NCBI GenBank assembly: GCA_046483315.1
Contig: JAWODJ010000080.1
Coordinates: 9,313-73,312, forward strand
Direction of reading: 5' to 3'
DNA from: Bacteroidales bacterium
GTDB taxonomy: Bacteria; Bacteroidota; Bacteroidia; Bacteroidales; PUMT01
Length of the DNA: 64,000 bases
A program made the position numbers and the translations under genes. Of the stretch, positions 20,683 to 30,682 are shown in pieces; within the stretch, counting starts at the first letter, position 1, and every line of letters begins with the position of its first letter. The notes beneath the pieces are model-generated. The model saw only the letters and a list, made by a program, of their open reading frames with translations. It searched no databases and was not told the origin of the DNA.

Positions 20683-21528
20683 ATGACTGAAGGTAGAACC
20701 AACATCAGGCCACCCGGTGTTGCCGGCATGTTTTATCCCGCCGGCAGAGATGCTTTGAATGAACTCATTGAAGAGCTGCTGCGCGAAGAGGGATCAAATA
20801 TCGATCCTGATCCGGTTCCTGGTAATATACTTGGGGGCATAGTGCCTCATGCAGGCATTGTTTATTGCGGGAGGCAGGCAGTGCACTTCTTTGAGTCAGT
20901 CAGGCGCAGCTCTTTTACTCCCGATACTGTCATCATAGCACACCCCGGCCATCACCGATCCGGTCCGCCGCTTTCAACCGATGATCATGATCACTGGGAG
21001 GTCTCCAACGGAATTATTGAAACAGACCTGGAGTTTGCTGAAGAGATAAATCTGCCGTTTTCAGCATCGGCACAAAAAGGGGAACATTCGGCCGAAGTTA
21101 TAGTACCCTATATTATTCATTTTTTCCCTGAGTCTGTCCGTATTGTAAGCCTGAATATGATTGACCAGGAATATGAATCGGCCAGGGAGGTAGCGGGAAG
21201 GATCTTTACCGCCACCCAAAAGCTCGGGCGCAGGATCTTGCTGATCGCTTCATCTGATTTTTCGCATTTTGTATCGAGATCAGAGGCACAGTCGAAGGAT
21301 GAGATAGTGGTGAATGAGATACTGGACAGGAACAGTAAAGGAGTTTACAGCAAGATAAGGGAAAACAATATTTCAGTATGCGGCTACGGCCCCATAATGA
21401 CACTTATGGAGTACTCGGCAACGATTGATCCTGATTACCGGGTTAAGATTCTCAGCCGGGGTGATTCAGGCAGTATAAGGGATTCATCAGATGTGGTGAG
21501 CTATCTTTCCGCTCTTTTCCATACTTAG
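20683..21528 (+). CDS. amrB: AmmeMemoRadiSam system protein B (MEMO1-like)
   Basis: 281 aa with N-terminal PPGVAGMFYP, and with GGIVPHAGIVYCG and SSDFSHF motifs typical of the Memo family. Confidence 0.8.
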   Translation: MTEGRTNIRPPGVAGMFYPAGRDALNELIEELLREEGSNIDPDPVPGNILGGIVPHAGIVYCGRQAVHFFESVRRSSFTPDTVIIAHPGHHRSGPPLSTDDHDHWEVSNGIIETDLEFAEEINLPFSASAQKGEHSAEVIVPYIIHFFPESVRIVSLNMIDQEYESAREVAGRIFTATQKLGRRILLIASSDFSHFVSRSEAQSKDEIVVNEILDRNSKGVYSKIRENNISVCGYGPIMTLMEYSATIDPDYRVKILSRGDSGSIRDSSDVVSYLSALFHT

Positions 21529-21685
21529 AAAGCTTTGTTGCAGGATGAAACCCTCATGGTACTTCGTAATACAAAATAAAATGTATAAACATGAGGGTTC
21601 CATGGATTGAAATGCAAAGTATCCGAATCACGAATTATTAACACATTGTTAAACAATTTGATAACTATACTTTATACGAATAAAT

Positions 21686-23401
21686 TTATTGCTTGCGGGA
21701 ATGTTTCTCCATCCTGGCCCAGGCATCCCTGAGGGTGACGGTACGGTTGAAAACCATCTTATCGGGTGTGGAATCGGGATCGACACAGAAATAGCCCAGC
21801 CGCTCGAACTGAAACTTATCCAGTGACGCTGCATTTTCTGTGCCTGATGAAATATATCCTTTTGCAACTTTTAATGATTCAGGATTAAGGTTGGATTTAA
21901 AATCTTTTCCTTCCTCTGCATCATCAGGATCTTCTTTCAAAAAGAGGCGATCGAACAGCCTTACTTCCACCTCCCTGGCATGAGGCTCCGAAACCCAGTG
22001 AATGGTACTTTTGACTTTCCGGTTGGCATCGGGCATACCGCTGCGGGTAAGGGGATCGTAAGTGCAATGAATCTCGGCAATCTCTCCCGTATCGGCTTTT
22101 ACCACTTTTTCGCATTTGATGATATATGCGTATTTCAGTCTCACCTCCCTGCCGGGTGCAAGGCGGAAGAACTTTTTAGGGGGGTCTTCCATAAAATCAT
22201 CCCTTTCAATCAGGACCTCACGGGAGAAAGGTACTTTTCTTTTACCCAGACCGGGCATTTCGGGATTGACAACGGCATCGACCTCTTCTGATTTGTCTTC
22301 CGGATAATTGGTTATTACCAGTTTAACGGGATTCAGCACTGCCATCACCCTGGTGGCTTTTTTATTCAGGTCTTCCCTTACGCTGTGTTCCAGCACGGCC
22401 ACATCAATAACATTGTCCCTCTTGGCCACCCCTATCCTGTCGGCAAAATATCTTACTGACCCGGGGGTATAGCCCCTTCGTCGCAAACCACTTATTGTAG
22501 GCATCCGGGGATCATTCCACCCCGATACATGTCCCTCTTTGACAAGTTGGAGAAGCTTTCGCTTGCTCATTATGGTATAGCTGAGGTTAAGCCGTGCAAA
22601 TTCGATCTGCCTGCTGGGGAAGATCTCAAGCTCACGTATAAACCAGTCGTACAGGGGACGGTGAACCTCAAATTCCAGGGTGCAGATAGAGTGCGTTATT
22701 CCTTCGATTGAGTCGGACTGTCCGTGGGCATAATCGTAGGTCGGATAGATACACCACTTATCCCCGGTACGATGGTGAGAGGCGTGGATGATCCTGTACA
22801 TTACAGGATCGCGCATGTGCATGTTGGGCGAAGACATATCAATTTTTGCTCTCAGCACCTTTTCACCTTCCCTGAACTCTCCGTTTTTCATCCGCCTGAA
22901 AAGATCAAGGTTCTCTTCCTTGCTGCGATTCCTGCAGGGGCTTTCTATTCCCGGTCTTGTGGGGGTTCCCCTGTTGGCGCTGATCTGTTCAGAGTTAAGA
23001 TCACATACATAAGCTTTTTCTTTGTTGATAAGCTTTTCTGCCCATTCATACAACTGCCCGAAATAATCGGATGCATAGTACAGACGGTCTTCCCAGTCAA
23101 ATCCCAGCCACCTGACATCCTCCCTGATGGAATCAACAAATTCTACTTCCTCGGTAAGAGGATTGGTGTCGTCAAAACGCAGGTTATACAGGCCATTGAA
23201 TTTTTCAGCAAGTCCGTAATTCAGGCAGATCGACTTTGCATGGCCGATATGCAGGTATCCGTTTGGTTCGGGGGGGAAGCGGGTATGTACCCTGCCTTCA
23301 TTCCTGCCCGATCTGATATCTGCTGTAATTATCTGCTCGATAAAGTTCAGGGATCGTTCCTCTTCTTTCTTTTCCCTTTCGGGGAAACCATTCTGTATCA
23401 T
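21686..23401 (-). CDS. glnS: Glutamine--tRNA ligase
   Basis: 571 aa with [14 protein letters not shown] (HIGH), IMSKRK (KMSKS) and a GlnRS-type C-terminal anticodon-binding beta-barrel region. Confidence 0.92.
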   Translation of the reverse strand: MIQNGFPEREKKEEERSLNFIEQIITADIRSGRNEGRVHTRFPPEPNGYLHIGHAKSICLNYGLAEKFNGLYNLRFDDTNPLTEEVEFVDSIREDVRWLGFDWEDRLYYASDYFGQLYEWAEKLINKEKAYVCDLNSEQISANRGTPTRPGIESPCRNRSKEENLDLFRRMKNGEFREGEKVLRAKIDMSSPNMHMRDPVMYRIIHASHHRTGDKWCIYPTYDYAHGQSDSIEGITHSICTLEFEVHRPLYDWFIRELEIFPSRQIEFARLNLSYTIMSKRKLLQLVKEGHVSGWNDPRMPTISGLRRRGYTPGSVRYFADRIGVAKRDNVIDVAVLEHSVREDLNKKATRVMAVLNPVKLVITNYPEDKSEEVDAVVNPEMPGLGKRKVPFSREVLIERDDFMEDPPKKFFRLAPGREVRLKYAYIIKCEKVVKADTGEIAEIHCTYDPLTRSGMPDANRKVKSTIHWVSEPHAREVEVRLFDRLFLKEDPDDAEEGKDFKSNLNPESLKVAKGYISSGTENAASLDKFQFERLGYFCVDPDSTPDKMVFNRTVTLRDAWARMEKHSRKQ

Positions 23402-23681
23402 CTCTGTTTAAGTAATATATTATAGCAAAGGAATACAAATATACATGAAAATTTTTTCAGCCAATTTACACACAGACGGATGAAATAATTTTTATGTTAA
23501 AGCGAAGCGGTTCCTCCTGTAAGTCAAAATTTTGTATTTTCTGAACAAAATTTTGGTTTCTTGTTTTTTACAGGAAAAAAGTAAGAGTAAATAGCTAAAT
23601 GTATGTAATCAGTTGCATATATTTTTCATATCGCATATATATCCGGCCGGAATGGTTATTTTTGGCGCTAAAAGTCAGGAT

Positions 23682-24038
23682 ATGGGGATAATTCGGATAG
23701 ATAATATGGTGTTCTATGCATATCACGGATGCTATAAGGAGGAGAGGGTAACGGGTAACCGGTTCCTGGTGGATCTGGAAATTACTGCCGATCTGAGAAA
23801 AGCCGAGGTAAGCGATAATATCAACGATACCCTCAATTACCAGGCAGCATACGAGGTGGTAAAGGAGCAGATGAATATCAAGTCTCATCTGCTGGAACAC
23901 GTGGCCGGCCGGATACTGGATCATCTTTATAAGAGATTCCCTGCTATTGAGAAGGCCACAGTAAAAGTATCAAAGATGAATCCCCCGATGGGAGGGGAGA
24001 TGGAGAGGGTTAGTGTGACCTTGAGCAGGCAGGCGTGA
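23682..24038 (+). CDS. folB: Dihydroneopterin aldolase
   Basis: The start MGIIRIDNMVFYAYHGCYKEERVTGNRF is typical of FolB. The upstream 23 codons of the tracked ORF are probably not translated. Confidence 0.85.
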   Translation: MGIIRIDNMVFYAYHGCYKEERVTGNRFLVDLEITADLRKAEVSDNINDTLNYQAAYEVVKEQMNIKSHLLEHVAGRILDHLYKRFPAIEKATVKVSKMNPPMGGEMERVSVTLSRQA

Positions 24039-24103
24039 TTACCGGGATATGAACTGAGGGCGGGTGCCGATGGTTTATGGCAGGAAGCTGTAATTAAACT
24101 TTA

Positions 24104-24553
24104 TCATATTATGGATTCATGAACTCCTATACGGTGGGAGTAGAACAGGGTGCTCCGGCCGAACCTGAACTGAAAAATATCGGCACCCTCCATGAAAAAT
24201 GGCCTCTTTTCACGAAATACTGTTTCAAAAGCCGTAAGATTCAGCACCGCCGGATCGGATCTAACCTGTCCGAAATCGGGATTGATAGTGGCATCGAGCA
24301 TTACGTTGGGACCCAGGCCCAGTTTTATATCACCACCAATATCGTAGGTGGCGTCGAAGGATCTGTCTCCGGGAGTGGACATGCTTTCTCTCATGTTAAG
24401 GCCGGAGTTGAACCCTCCACGGGCTCGAGCTGCAGGAAACCTGTTACCGGTTCGGCAAAATCCCATGCCTCTTCATCAAGTGTTCCGTCCACGGTTATAT
24501 CTCCGTGCATAAATGTTGCAGGCTGTGAATGGCTGTCATTAGCACCTGGATAA
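24104..24553 (-). pseudogene. Collapsed remnant of a DUF5916/CBM9-like large secreted protein gene
   Basis: One frame gives an N-terminal piece (HGDITVDGTLDEEAWDFAEPVTGFLQLEPVEG, then a stop). A shifted frame gives a mid-protein piece (DATINPDFGQVRSDPAVLNLTAFETVFREKRPFF). Intact family members are several hundred aa longer. Confidence 0.6.
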
Positions 24554-24727
24554 TTTTAGATAAAGCAAAACTACTAAACGATCTCCCTTAAATATTGATA
24601 TATAAAAGGAATTACATTTCAATTTAACATAAAATAAAAAATTTCAGGATTAACTTTGCATTCGTTTTTATTACAGTTCTATGCCGGCACAGAACTATAT
24701 GCCGTGGTAATAATAATATTATATCTC

Positions 24728-25447
24728 ATGGAAACGGTACAAAAAAATAACAGGCCCCTGCAAAAGATGTTCACATCTGTTCCCTCTTCATATGATATGC
24801 TCAACCGGCTTCTTACCCTTAGACTCGACCAGTTGTGGAGGAAAGAAGCTGCACGGGTATGCCTTGAAAACCGACCTGCAAGGGTGCTGGATCTATGTTG
24901 CGGAACGGGCGATCTGGCGGTTTGCCTTGGCAGGATGGCCCGGCCTGAAACCTCCCTGGCAGCCCTCGATTACAGTAAACCTATGCTTAATCTGGCCAGG
25001 AAAAAGGCTGCCGGAAGCGGTCTGTCATCCATAGAATTCATTCACGGAGATGCGGCAGAGATGCCATTTCCCGACGGACATTTTGATTCGGTGGGAATTG
25101 CATTTGCCTTTCGCAACCTTACATTTCACAATCCCGACCGCGACAGGTTTTTATCGGAGATACTCCGTGTGTTGAAGCAGGGAGGGCGGTTTGTTATTGT
25201 TGAAACAAGTCAGCCGCCGGCAAAGTTTCTGCGCAGGCTTTTTCACTGGTATCTGAGGTGGATCACTGCCCCTGTCGGGGGGATCCTCTCCGGTCATCGC
25301 GGAGCATACAGGTATCTTGCTCATTCTGCCATCCATTATCATAACAGGTCAGAACTTGAACAACTTCTTTACAATGCGGGCTTTTCGTCAGTGAGTTCAC
25401 ATCTGCTTATGGGAGGTATAGCCGGTATTTTTGTCGGTGAAAAATAA
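24728..25447 (+). CDS. ubiE: Demethylmenaquinone/ubiquinone C-methyltransferase
   Basis: The YDMLNRLLTL start region, SAM motif VLDLCCGTGDL and FRNLT motif are all present. The likely start is METVQKNN at 24728. Confidence 0.85.
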   Translation: METVQKNNRPLQKMFTSVPSSYDMLNRLLTLRLDQLWRKEAARVCLENRPARVLDLCCGTGDLAVCLGRMARPETSLAALDYSKPMLNLARKKAAGSGLSSIEFIHGDAAEMPFPDGHFDSVGIAFAFRNLTFHNPDRDRFLSEILRVLKQGGRFVIVETSQPPAKFLRRLFHWYLRWITAPVGGILSGHRGAYRYLAHSAIHYHNRSELEQLLYNAGFSSVSSHLLMGGIAGIFVGEK

Positions 25448-25520
25448 TATGATTTCAGCAGCTCAAAACAGAAAGAAGATTCAGAAGGATTTTAAATACC
25501 GATTATTAACCGGGATGAGA

Positions 25521-26381
25521 TCATTTCACCCTGGTTCTTTTGCTTAGGGAGTGGTTTATCTTAATCCTGTCAATCAACAGTCTTATGGTACTTATCAGCT
25601 CGCTGTTATCGGTGTAATTGGCTTCCGCAATATAGTCCACACGGTTTTGTGCGATAAGGTCCCGGCATATTTGCTTTGGTGATTTACCTTTGGTCGTGTC
25701 ACCGGCTTTCTGATTATAAACGGCAATTGTGGCACCACCCTGGTATTTAACCATTTTCATGGCCGGAACATCGGTCTCGCCGTCGCCGATATAAATTATC
25801 CGTGAGAAGGGTACAGCTCTTTTATCCTCTGGTGTGAACCGGTTTATTGTGGTGTTATCCCAGGAATTATCAATTCCCTTGTTGATCCTGAAAAGATACT
25901 GTGTCTTGTTTGTATAGTTAATTGCCAGGGCTGCCCATTCGGCAACGCCTTCCATATCATATTTAAAGCCTGAAGCAAAAATATTCCTGAAGTGGCGGGC
26001 AATTGAAGTGCCTTCAATAAACTCCCGCAGTCCTGATGATATAATATGATGCTCCAGAAGCACCCCCTGGTTCAGGGCATATTTGTTTATACGGTCAAAA
26101 TACCCTGCAACTCCTGGAAAGAAGTTGATATCTTTGCCATATCTGATAAAATCCTCACGCCTTATGGGAATACCTTTTTCCTTTGATTTCTGCAGCATAA
26201 GTTGCATGTAGGCAAGAATACCGTCCATGTCATTCTCTTCTGCGATGCGGTTGGCTTCTGTCCAGAAACTGTCTTTCGGAATACCCAGTTTGGGCAGGAA
26301 GGAGTGTTCCTGCATGTTTCCCGGGGCGAGGGTCTCGTCAAAATCGTAGGCGATTGCCGCTTTGATCAGTTTATCGGGCAT
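25521..26381 (-). CDS. HAD-superfamily hydrolase-like protein, substrate unknown
   Basis: HAD motif I (YDFDETL) and motif IV (IGDGETDVP); 286 aa. Confidence 0.6.
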   Translation of the reverse strand: MPDKLIKAAIAYDFDETLAPGNMQEHSFLPKLGIPKDSFWTEANRIAEENDMDGILAYMQLMLQKSKEKGIPIRREDFIRYGKDINFFPGVAGYFDRINKYALNQGVLLEHHIISSGLREFIEGTSIARHFRNIFASGFKYDMEGVAEWAALAINYTNKTQYLFRINKGIDNSWDNTTINRFTPEDKRAVPFSRIIYIGDGETDVPAMKMVKYQGGATIAVYNQKAGDTTKGKSPKQICRDLIAQNRVDYIAEANYTDNSELISTIRLLIDRIKINHSLSKRTRVK

Positions 26382-26501
26382 TTTTAGAATAATTACAGAT
26401 TATTTAAAATTAATGAAATCAAGCCATACAAAAAAATTTTACTTATCCTTGCAACTTTCAGTGTAATGAGAACATCTTATATTACAAACAAAACCAACAG
26501 A

Positions 26502-27743
26502 ATGAAGCAAATGACAACCTTTCTGTTTTTGATCCTTTTGCCTTTAATGTTAATGTCATGTGGTGAAAAGGATGATGAAAAACTTGGGCCTAAAGAGATA
26601 AAACTTACTGCCGAACAGTTAGAACTTATTGAGGGGAGCAACAGCTTCGGACTGGATCTTTTCAGGAAAGTTGTTTCGGGAGAGGATACATCTGAAAATG
26701 TTTTTATCTCGCCCCTGAGTGTGCATCTTGCATTATCAATGACATGGAACGGTGCAGGCGGAAACACCAGGGAGCAGATGATGAGCACCCTGAATTATCC
26801 GGGGTTTGATGATGAAACAATTAATTCTTCAATCAAAAAACTGATTTCAGACCTGCTGTCGGTAGATGAAAAGGTGGAGACCGGCATAGCCAATTCAATA
26901 TGGTACAGGGACGGGTACAGCGTTGAGCAGGATTTTCTGGAAATAAACAGTAAATACTTTAATGCAGAAGTCAGCTCACTCAATTTCGATGACCCTGCAT
27001 CGCGCGATATAATCAATGCATGGGTAGCAGGGGAAACAAATAACAGGATAAAAGAGATTATCGACCGGATAGATCCTGATCATATAATGTTTCTTATCAA
27101 TGCAATCTATTTTAAGGGCATCTGGACAACCGAATTTGTTAAGGAGAATACAAAGAGCCGTCCGTTTTACCTTCCCGGTGGCCAGGCCGGGGAAGTGATG
27201 ACCATGGAGACTGAAGGTGCCTTTGGCTATGCTGAAAGGGATGGCTACAGGGTGGCAGAACTGCCTTATGGGCGCGGAAATTACAGCATGCTGGTCTTTC
27301 TTCCGGATGAGGAAACAGGCGTGAAAGGCATGAGTGAAAAGCTCAGCGCTGAAGAATGGAACCTGCTGCCTGAGCTGCTGGATAATAAATACGATCTCAA
27401 TCTGAGATTACCCAGGTTCACCTTTGAATATGATACTGATCTGGATTCTTCATTAATGAGTCTCGGCATGACAGATGCTTTTGACGGGAGGGCAGATTTT
27501 ACCGGGATAAACCGGAACGGAGGTCTGTATATTTCACGGGTAAGGCATAAGTCTTTCGTCGAAGTTAACGAGGAAGGGACCGAGGCTGCGGCTGTTACCT
27601 CGGTAGAGATCAGGGAAGTAAGCTATAATCCTGATGAGCCGCAGATAATCTTTTTCCATGTTAACCGCCCCTTTGTTATAGCCATTAAAGAAAAATTCAC
27701 AAACTCGCTTATCTTTATTGGCAGGGTGATGGATCCTGTGTGA
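26502..27743 (+). CDS. Serpin-family protease inhibitor, predicted lipoprotein
   Basis: Lipobox LMLMSCG, canonical inhibitory hinge EEGTEAAAVT and the serpin C-terminal signature FHVNRPFVIAIKE. Confidence 0.85.
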   Translation: MKQMTTFLFLILLPLMLMSCGEKDDEKLGPKEIKLTAEQLELIEGSNSFGLDLFRKVVSGEDTSENVFISPLSVHLALSMTWNGAGGNTREQMMSTLNYPGFDDETINSSIKKLISDLLSVDEKVETGIANSIWYRDGYSVEQDFLEINSKYFNAEVSSLNFDDPASRDIINAWVAGETNNRIKEIIDRIDPDHIMFLINAIYFKGIWTTEFVKENTKSRPFYLPGGQAGEVMTMETEGAFGYAERDGYRVAELPYGRGNYSMLVFLPDEETGVKGMSEKLSAEEWNLLPELLDNKYDLNLRLPRFTFEYDTDLDSSLMSLGMTDAFDGRADFTGINRNGGLYISRVRHKSFVEVNEEGTEAAAVTSVEIREVSYNPDEPQIIFFHVNRPFVIAIKEKFTNSLIFIGRVMDPV

Positions 27744-27797
27744 CACCTGTAACGGGCAATTCGCCAATCTGCTCATTAAGCCGCTCCATACATCAGA

Positions 27798-28525
27798 TTG
27801 TACTGCCAGTTTTTCCTGTTACCCGGTATTGCTGCACAGCAGACAGGTCCGTCAGTATTTCTGGCTTATTTCCTGACGGCCTTTCTTATTCTTCCTTCCA
27901 TGTTCAGCATGGCTGAGCTGGCCACTGCAACGCCGAAGACATACGTGAAATATTTTTTTCGCCCCTTAAAAGTGAATACCTGCAAAACTATACACCATTT
28001 TTACCAAAAGGATTTGAAGGGCTGATCTCTACAGTGGGACTGGTTTTCGTCTCTTTTCTGGGACTGACAAAAATAGCCGGCATGGCCGAAGAGATAAAGA
28101 ATCCTGAGCGTAATATCCCGCTTGGGTTGATATTGTCACTGGCTGTTACAACGGTCATTCACCGTTTTATTCATGGATACAAATATTCGGAATAATAAGT
28201 TCTTTTTTTCTTATCATCTATTTTGGCTGGGGGCCCCGGCCTGTTTACGATGGGTGTTTCTGCACTGGTAATTCCCAGGGTTTCAATTTTGTATGGCAAA
28301 GTTGATAATATTGAACAGCCGATGCTTCACATCGTACTTTCAGAAAGGGGTGTGAAAAAGCCCGTGGTCAAGAGAGAGATATCCTCCGAAGACAGAATAT
28401 GTGTATTCTTTTTTATGGGTAATACGCAGCTGCAGGAGAATGACATCATAACAATAATCGGGGAGCCAAAAGGTATAAAAGCACTGTTTAATAAATACAT
28501 TCACGAAGAATCATCCGAAAGATAA
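27798..28525 (+). pseudogene. Decayed APC-family amino-acid permease with a TrkA-C tail
   Basis: Three pieces lie in different frames. The first is the N-terminal TM1 region (GPSVFLAYFLTAFLILPSMFSMAELATA). The second is a mid piece (GLTKIAGMAEEIKNPERNIPLG). The third is a TrkA-C-like end (NDIITIIGEPKGIKAL). Stops and deletions separate them. Confidence 0.7.
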
Positions 28526-28642
28526 AGCACTTATACTCATTGTATCTGTAACACGATTTTTGGATACTCTCATACCTTTAGTCAGAGAGGGATTAAGTTA
28601 TATTGTTGAGATCAGTCTAAAAATTTGGATAAATCTGAAGGT

Positions 28643-28677
28643 ATAAAAAAGCAAAGCCGCTTTTAATGAGCGGCTTT
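28643..28677 (-). terminator. Rho-independent terminator of tRNA-Gln
   Basis: 9-bp stem aaagccgct/agcggcttt with a 7-nt loop, followed on the minus strand by a run of U residues (plus-strand ataaaaaag). Confidence 0.65.
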
Positions 28678-28687
28678 AGTTATTAGA

Positions 28688-28763
28688 TGGTTGTCCTGCC
28701 AGGGGTTGAACCTGGACTCTTCTGATCCAGAGTCAGACGTGTTGCCAATTACACCACAGGACA
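28688..28763 (-). tRNA. tRNA-Gln (anticodon CUG), CCA encoded
   Basis: Manual cloverleaf: acceptor TGTCCTG/CAGGACA (U1:A72), D stem GTGT/ACAC, anticodon stem TCTGA/TCAGA with loop CTCTGGA, T arm CCAGG-TTCAACC-CCTGG, discriminator A plus CCA. Confidence 0.9.
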
Positions 28764-28772
28764 ATAGAAACG

Positions 28773-28780
28773 CAAAAATA
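28773..28780 (-). promoter_or_regulatory. Bacteroidota -7 promoter box (TAnnTTTG) for tRNA-Gln
   Basis: The minus strand reads TATTTTTG, ending 9 nt upstream of the mature tRNA 5' end. Confidence 0.45.
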
Positions 28781-29125
28781 AACAATATTTTTTCTTCTTT
28801 CTGCAACCTGAAAGAAGTTTTTTGCATCTATAAGAAAATTGGAAACCCTAACCCAATATATATCTGCTGAGGAGTAGAAGGAATCTCCTTCGCTTCTCAG
28901 CAGTCCTGCTTAAAGAGCCCTGCCTGCCAGGATTTAACTTTTCATTTAACAACTACCTGAAACTTAGCCACCTGAAAGGTCCTGGCAGGGCGGGCCTTTA
29001 CCGGAAAGGCAACAAAGACCCTGCCATCCTTCACAATATTATTGTCGGTTTCAGATTGCCTGGCACGGATAAATTCCCTAAATCCATTTTTTATCCATTA
29101 TTGCGGTTCTTTCGGCAAGATTTCT

Positions 29126-29133
29126 TAATTTTG
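29126..29133 (+). promoter_or_regulatory. Bacteroidota -7 promoter box (TAnnTTTG) for tRNA-Cys
   Basis: TAATTTTG lies 18 nt upstream of the tRNA-Cys 5' end. Confidence 0.45.
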
Positions 29134-29150
29134 CATAACATTAATAAGAT

Positions 29151-29221
29151 GGTCGCGTGGCCGAGTGGCTAGGCAGAGGTCTGCAAAACCTTCTACGGCG
29201 GTTCGAATCCGCCCGTGACCT
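29151..29221 (+). tRNA. tRNA-Cys (anticodon GCA)
   Basis: Manual cloverleaf: acceptor GGTCGCG/CGTGACC, anticodon stem GAGGT/ACCTT with loop CTGCAAA, T arm GGCGG-TTCGAAT-CCGCC, discriminator U73 (the Cys identity element). Confidence 0.9.
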
Positions 29222-29305
29222 CAACCCCCCCGATAACCCCCTGATAATCACAGGGGGTTATTTCGTTGTGGGACAGAAATAAATTATTGGTTTAGTAAGT
29301 TATTA

Positions 29306-30646
29306 TTACTGACTAACAGGTGTTCCGGGAACAGGTGGTTCAGGTTTAATGTCAACCGGGCCCATTTCATATTCTTCAGGTCCCAGCCTCAGCCCTGAAT
29401 TCATCATGTCATCCCAGGTTACCAGTTGTCCTGTATAGGCCGACTCTCTGCCCATTATGGCAACAAGCGTTGAAGAAGCCATTCTGTTGGCTTCATTGAC
29501 GGGATTATTGTTGCGTATAGCAGTTACAAGATTGATATGTGACTGATCCTCCCTCACTACCGGCAGCCTTGGGCGTCCCTGGTCATCAAGTTGATATTCA
29601 TATTCCCATATCAGGTTATCATTATAGTCAAAAATTTGATTCTGACAATTTGTATAACCCTTAGTTCCGAAAATTTTAATAGTTGAGGTATTATAGCATC
29701 CGTCAATCTGGCGATGCATGCCATTATAATTCCTGCCGTCATCAAATTCGTAATCAACACTGATAAAATCATACTGGTCACCTGTGGGGCGACGGTGCCT
29801 TCCACCAAAGCCTACGGCCTTTGAAGGAAATTTTTCAAAGAACCAGTTAAGCACATCAATCTGGTGAACAAACATCTCTGTAATATGATCACCCGAGAGC
29901 CAGCACCAGTTTACCCAGTCTCTCAGCATGGCTTCCATATCACTCCAGCCTTCCTGCCTGTTCCTGTGCCAGAGTTTTCCACCCAATCTCAGAGCAGTTC
30001 CTGACACCAGGTCGCCAATGGCACCGTTTTTTATCATGCCGAAGGTTGCAATATAATCGCGTGCATGTCTCATTTGTGTTCCTGAAACTACTGTTAATCC
30101 GGCTGCTTCAGCCATTTTACCGGATGACATTACTGATCTGGCTCCTACCGGATCAACGGCACACGGTTTTTCAATAAAAGCATGTTTCCTGGCCTGAACG
30201 GCGGCCTCGAAGTGCTCGGGACGGAAATGCGGCGGAGTTGCACATATTACTACATCCACACCGGAGTCTATTACATGTTTGTATGCGTCGAACCCTATAA
30301 AACAATTTTGATCGGGTATATCAACATCACGTTGTTCTTTCAGGGAACTGCGGCATCTGTCAAGACGATCCTGAAAGACATCTCCAAGTGCTGTTATCTG
30401 TGTATTCGGACCTGCATTAAGAAAATTGATAGCTGCTCCGGTTCCTCTCCCACCGCATCCAACCAGCCCTGCTTTTAAAGGAGGGCCGTCAGGAGCTATG
30501 TCATAAAGAACAGGTGCATCATATTTTTCTCTTCCCGGCTTACAGGATGAAAGAAGATGACCTGCCCCGATGGCACCCATAACACCCAATGTAGCAGCAC
30601 CTTCAATAAATTCACGTCTGCTTCGTGATTTTGGTTTTGAATCCAT
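29306..30646 (-). CDS. Tat-exported Gfo/Idh/MocA-family oxidoreductase
   Basis: Twin-arginine signal SRSRREFIEGAATLGVMGAIGAG, Rossmann motif GLVGCGGRGTGAA and a Gfo/Idh/MocA-type C-terminal domain. Confidence 0.8.
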   Translation of the reverse strand: MDSKPKSRSRREFIEGAATLGVMGAIGAGHLLSSCKPGREKYDAPVLYDIAPDGPPLKAGLVGCGGRGTGAAINFLNAGPNTQITALGDVFQDRLDRCRSSLKEQRDVDIPDQNCFIGFDAYKHVIDSGVDVVICATPPHFRPEHFEAAVQARKHAFIEKPCAVDPVGARSVMSSGKMAEAAGLTVVSGTQMRHARDYIATFGMIKNGAIGDLVSGTALRLGGKLWHRNRQEGWSDMEAMLRDWVNWCWLSGDHITEMFVHQIDVLNWFFEKFPSKAVGFGGRHRRPTGDQYDFISVDYEFDDGRNYNGMHRQIDGCYNTSTIKIFGTKGYTNCQNQIFDYNDNLIWEYEYQLDDQGRPRLPVVREDQSHINLVTAIRNNNPVNEANRMASSTLVAIMGRESAYTGQLVTWDDMMNSGLRLGPEEYEMGPVDIKPEPPVPGTPVSQ

Positions 30647-30682
30647 AATAGTAATTATTATAATTTATGTTTGAAGAAACGG

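Noticed and set aside
21549-21599. 10-bp inverted repeat aaccctcatg/catgagggtt between convergent amrB and glnS, as a terminator
   Set aside because: The loop is about 31 nt and there is no clear U-run on either side. This is too atypical to annotate as an intrinsic terminator.
28918-29010. SRP (4.5S) RNA or another known ncRNA in the tRNA spacer (ccggaaaggcaac resembles the SRP GGAA region)
   Set aside because: The conserved SRP domain IV sequence and symmetric loop are absent, and the similarity is limited to a few nucleotides. I kept it only as a low-interest structured-region finding.
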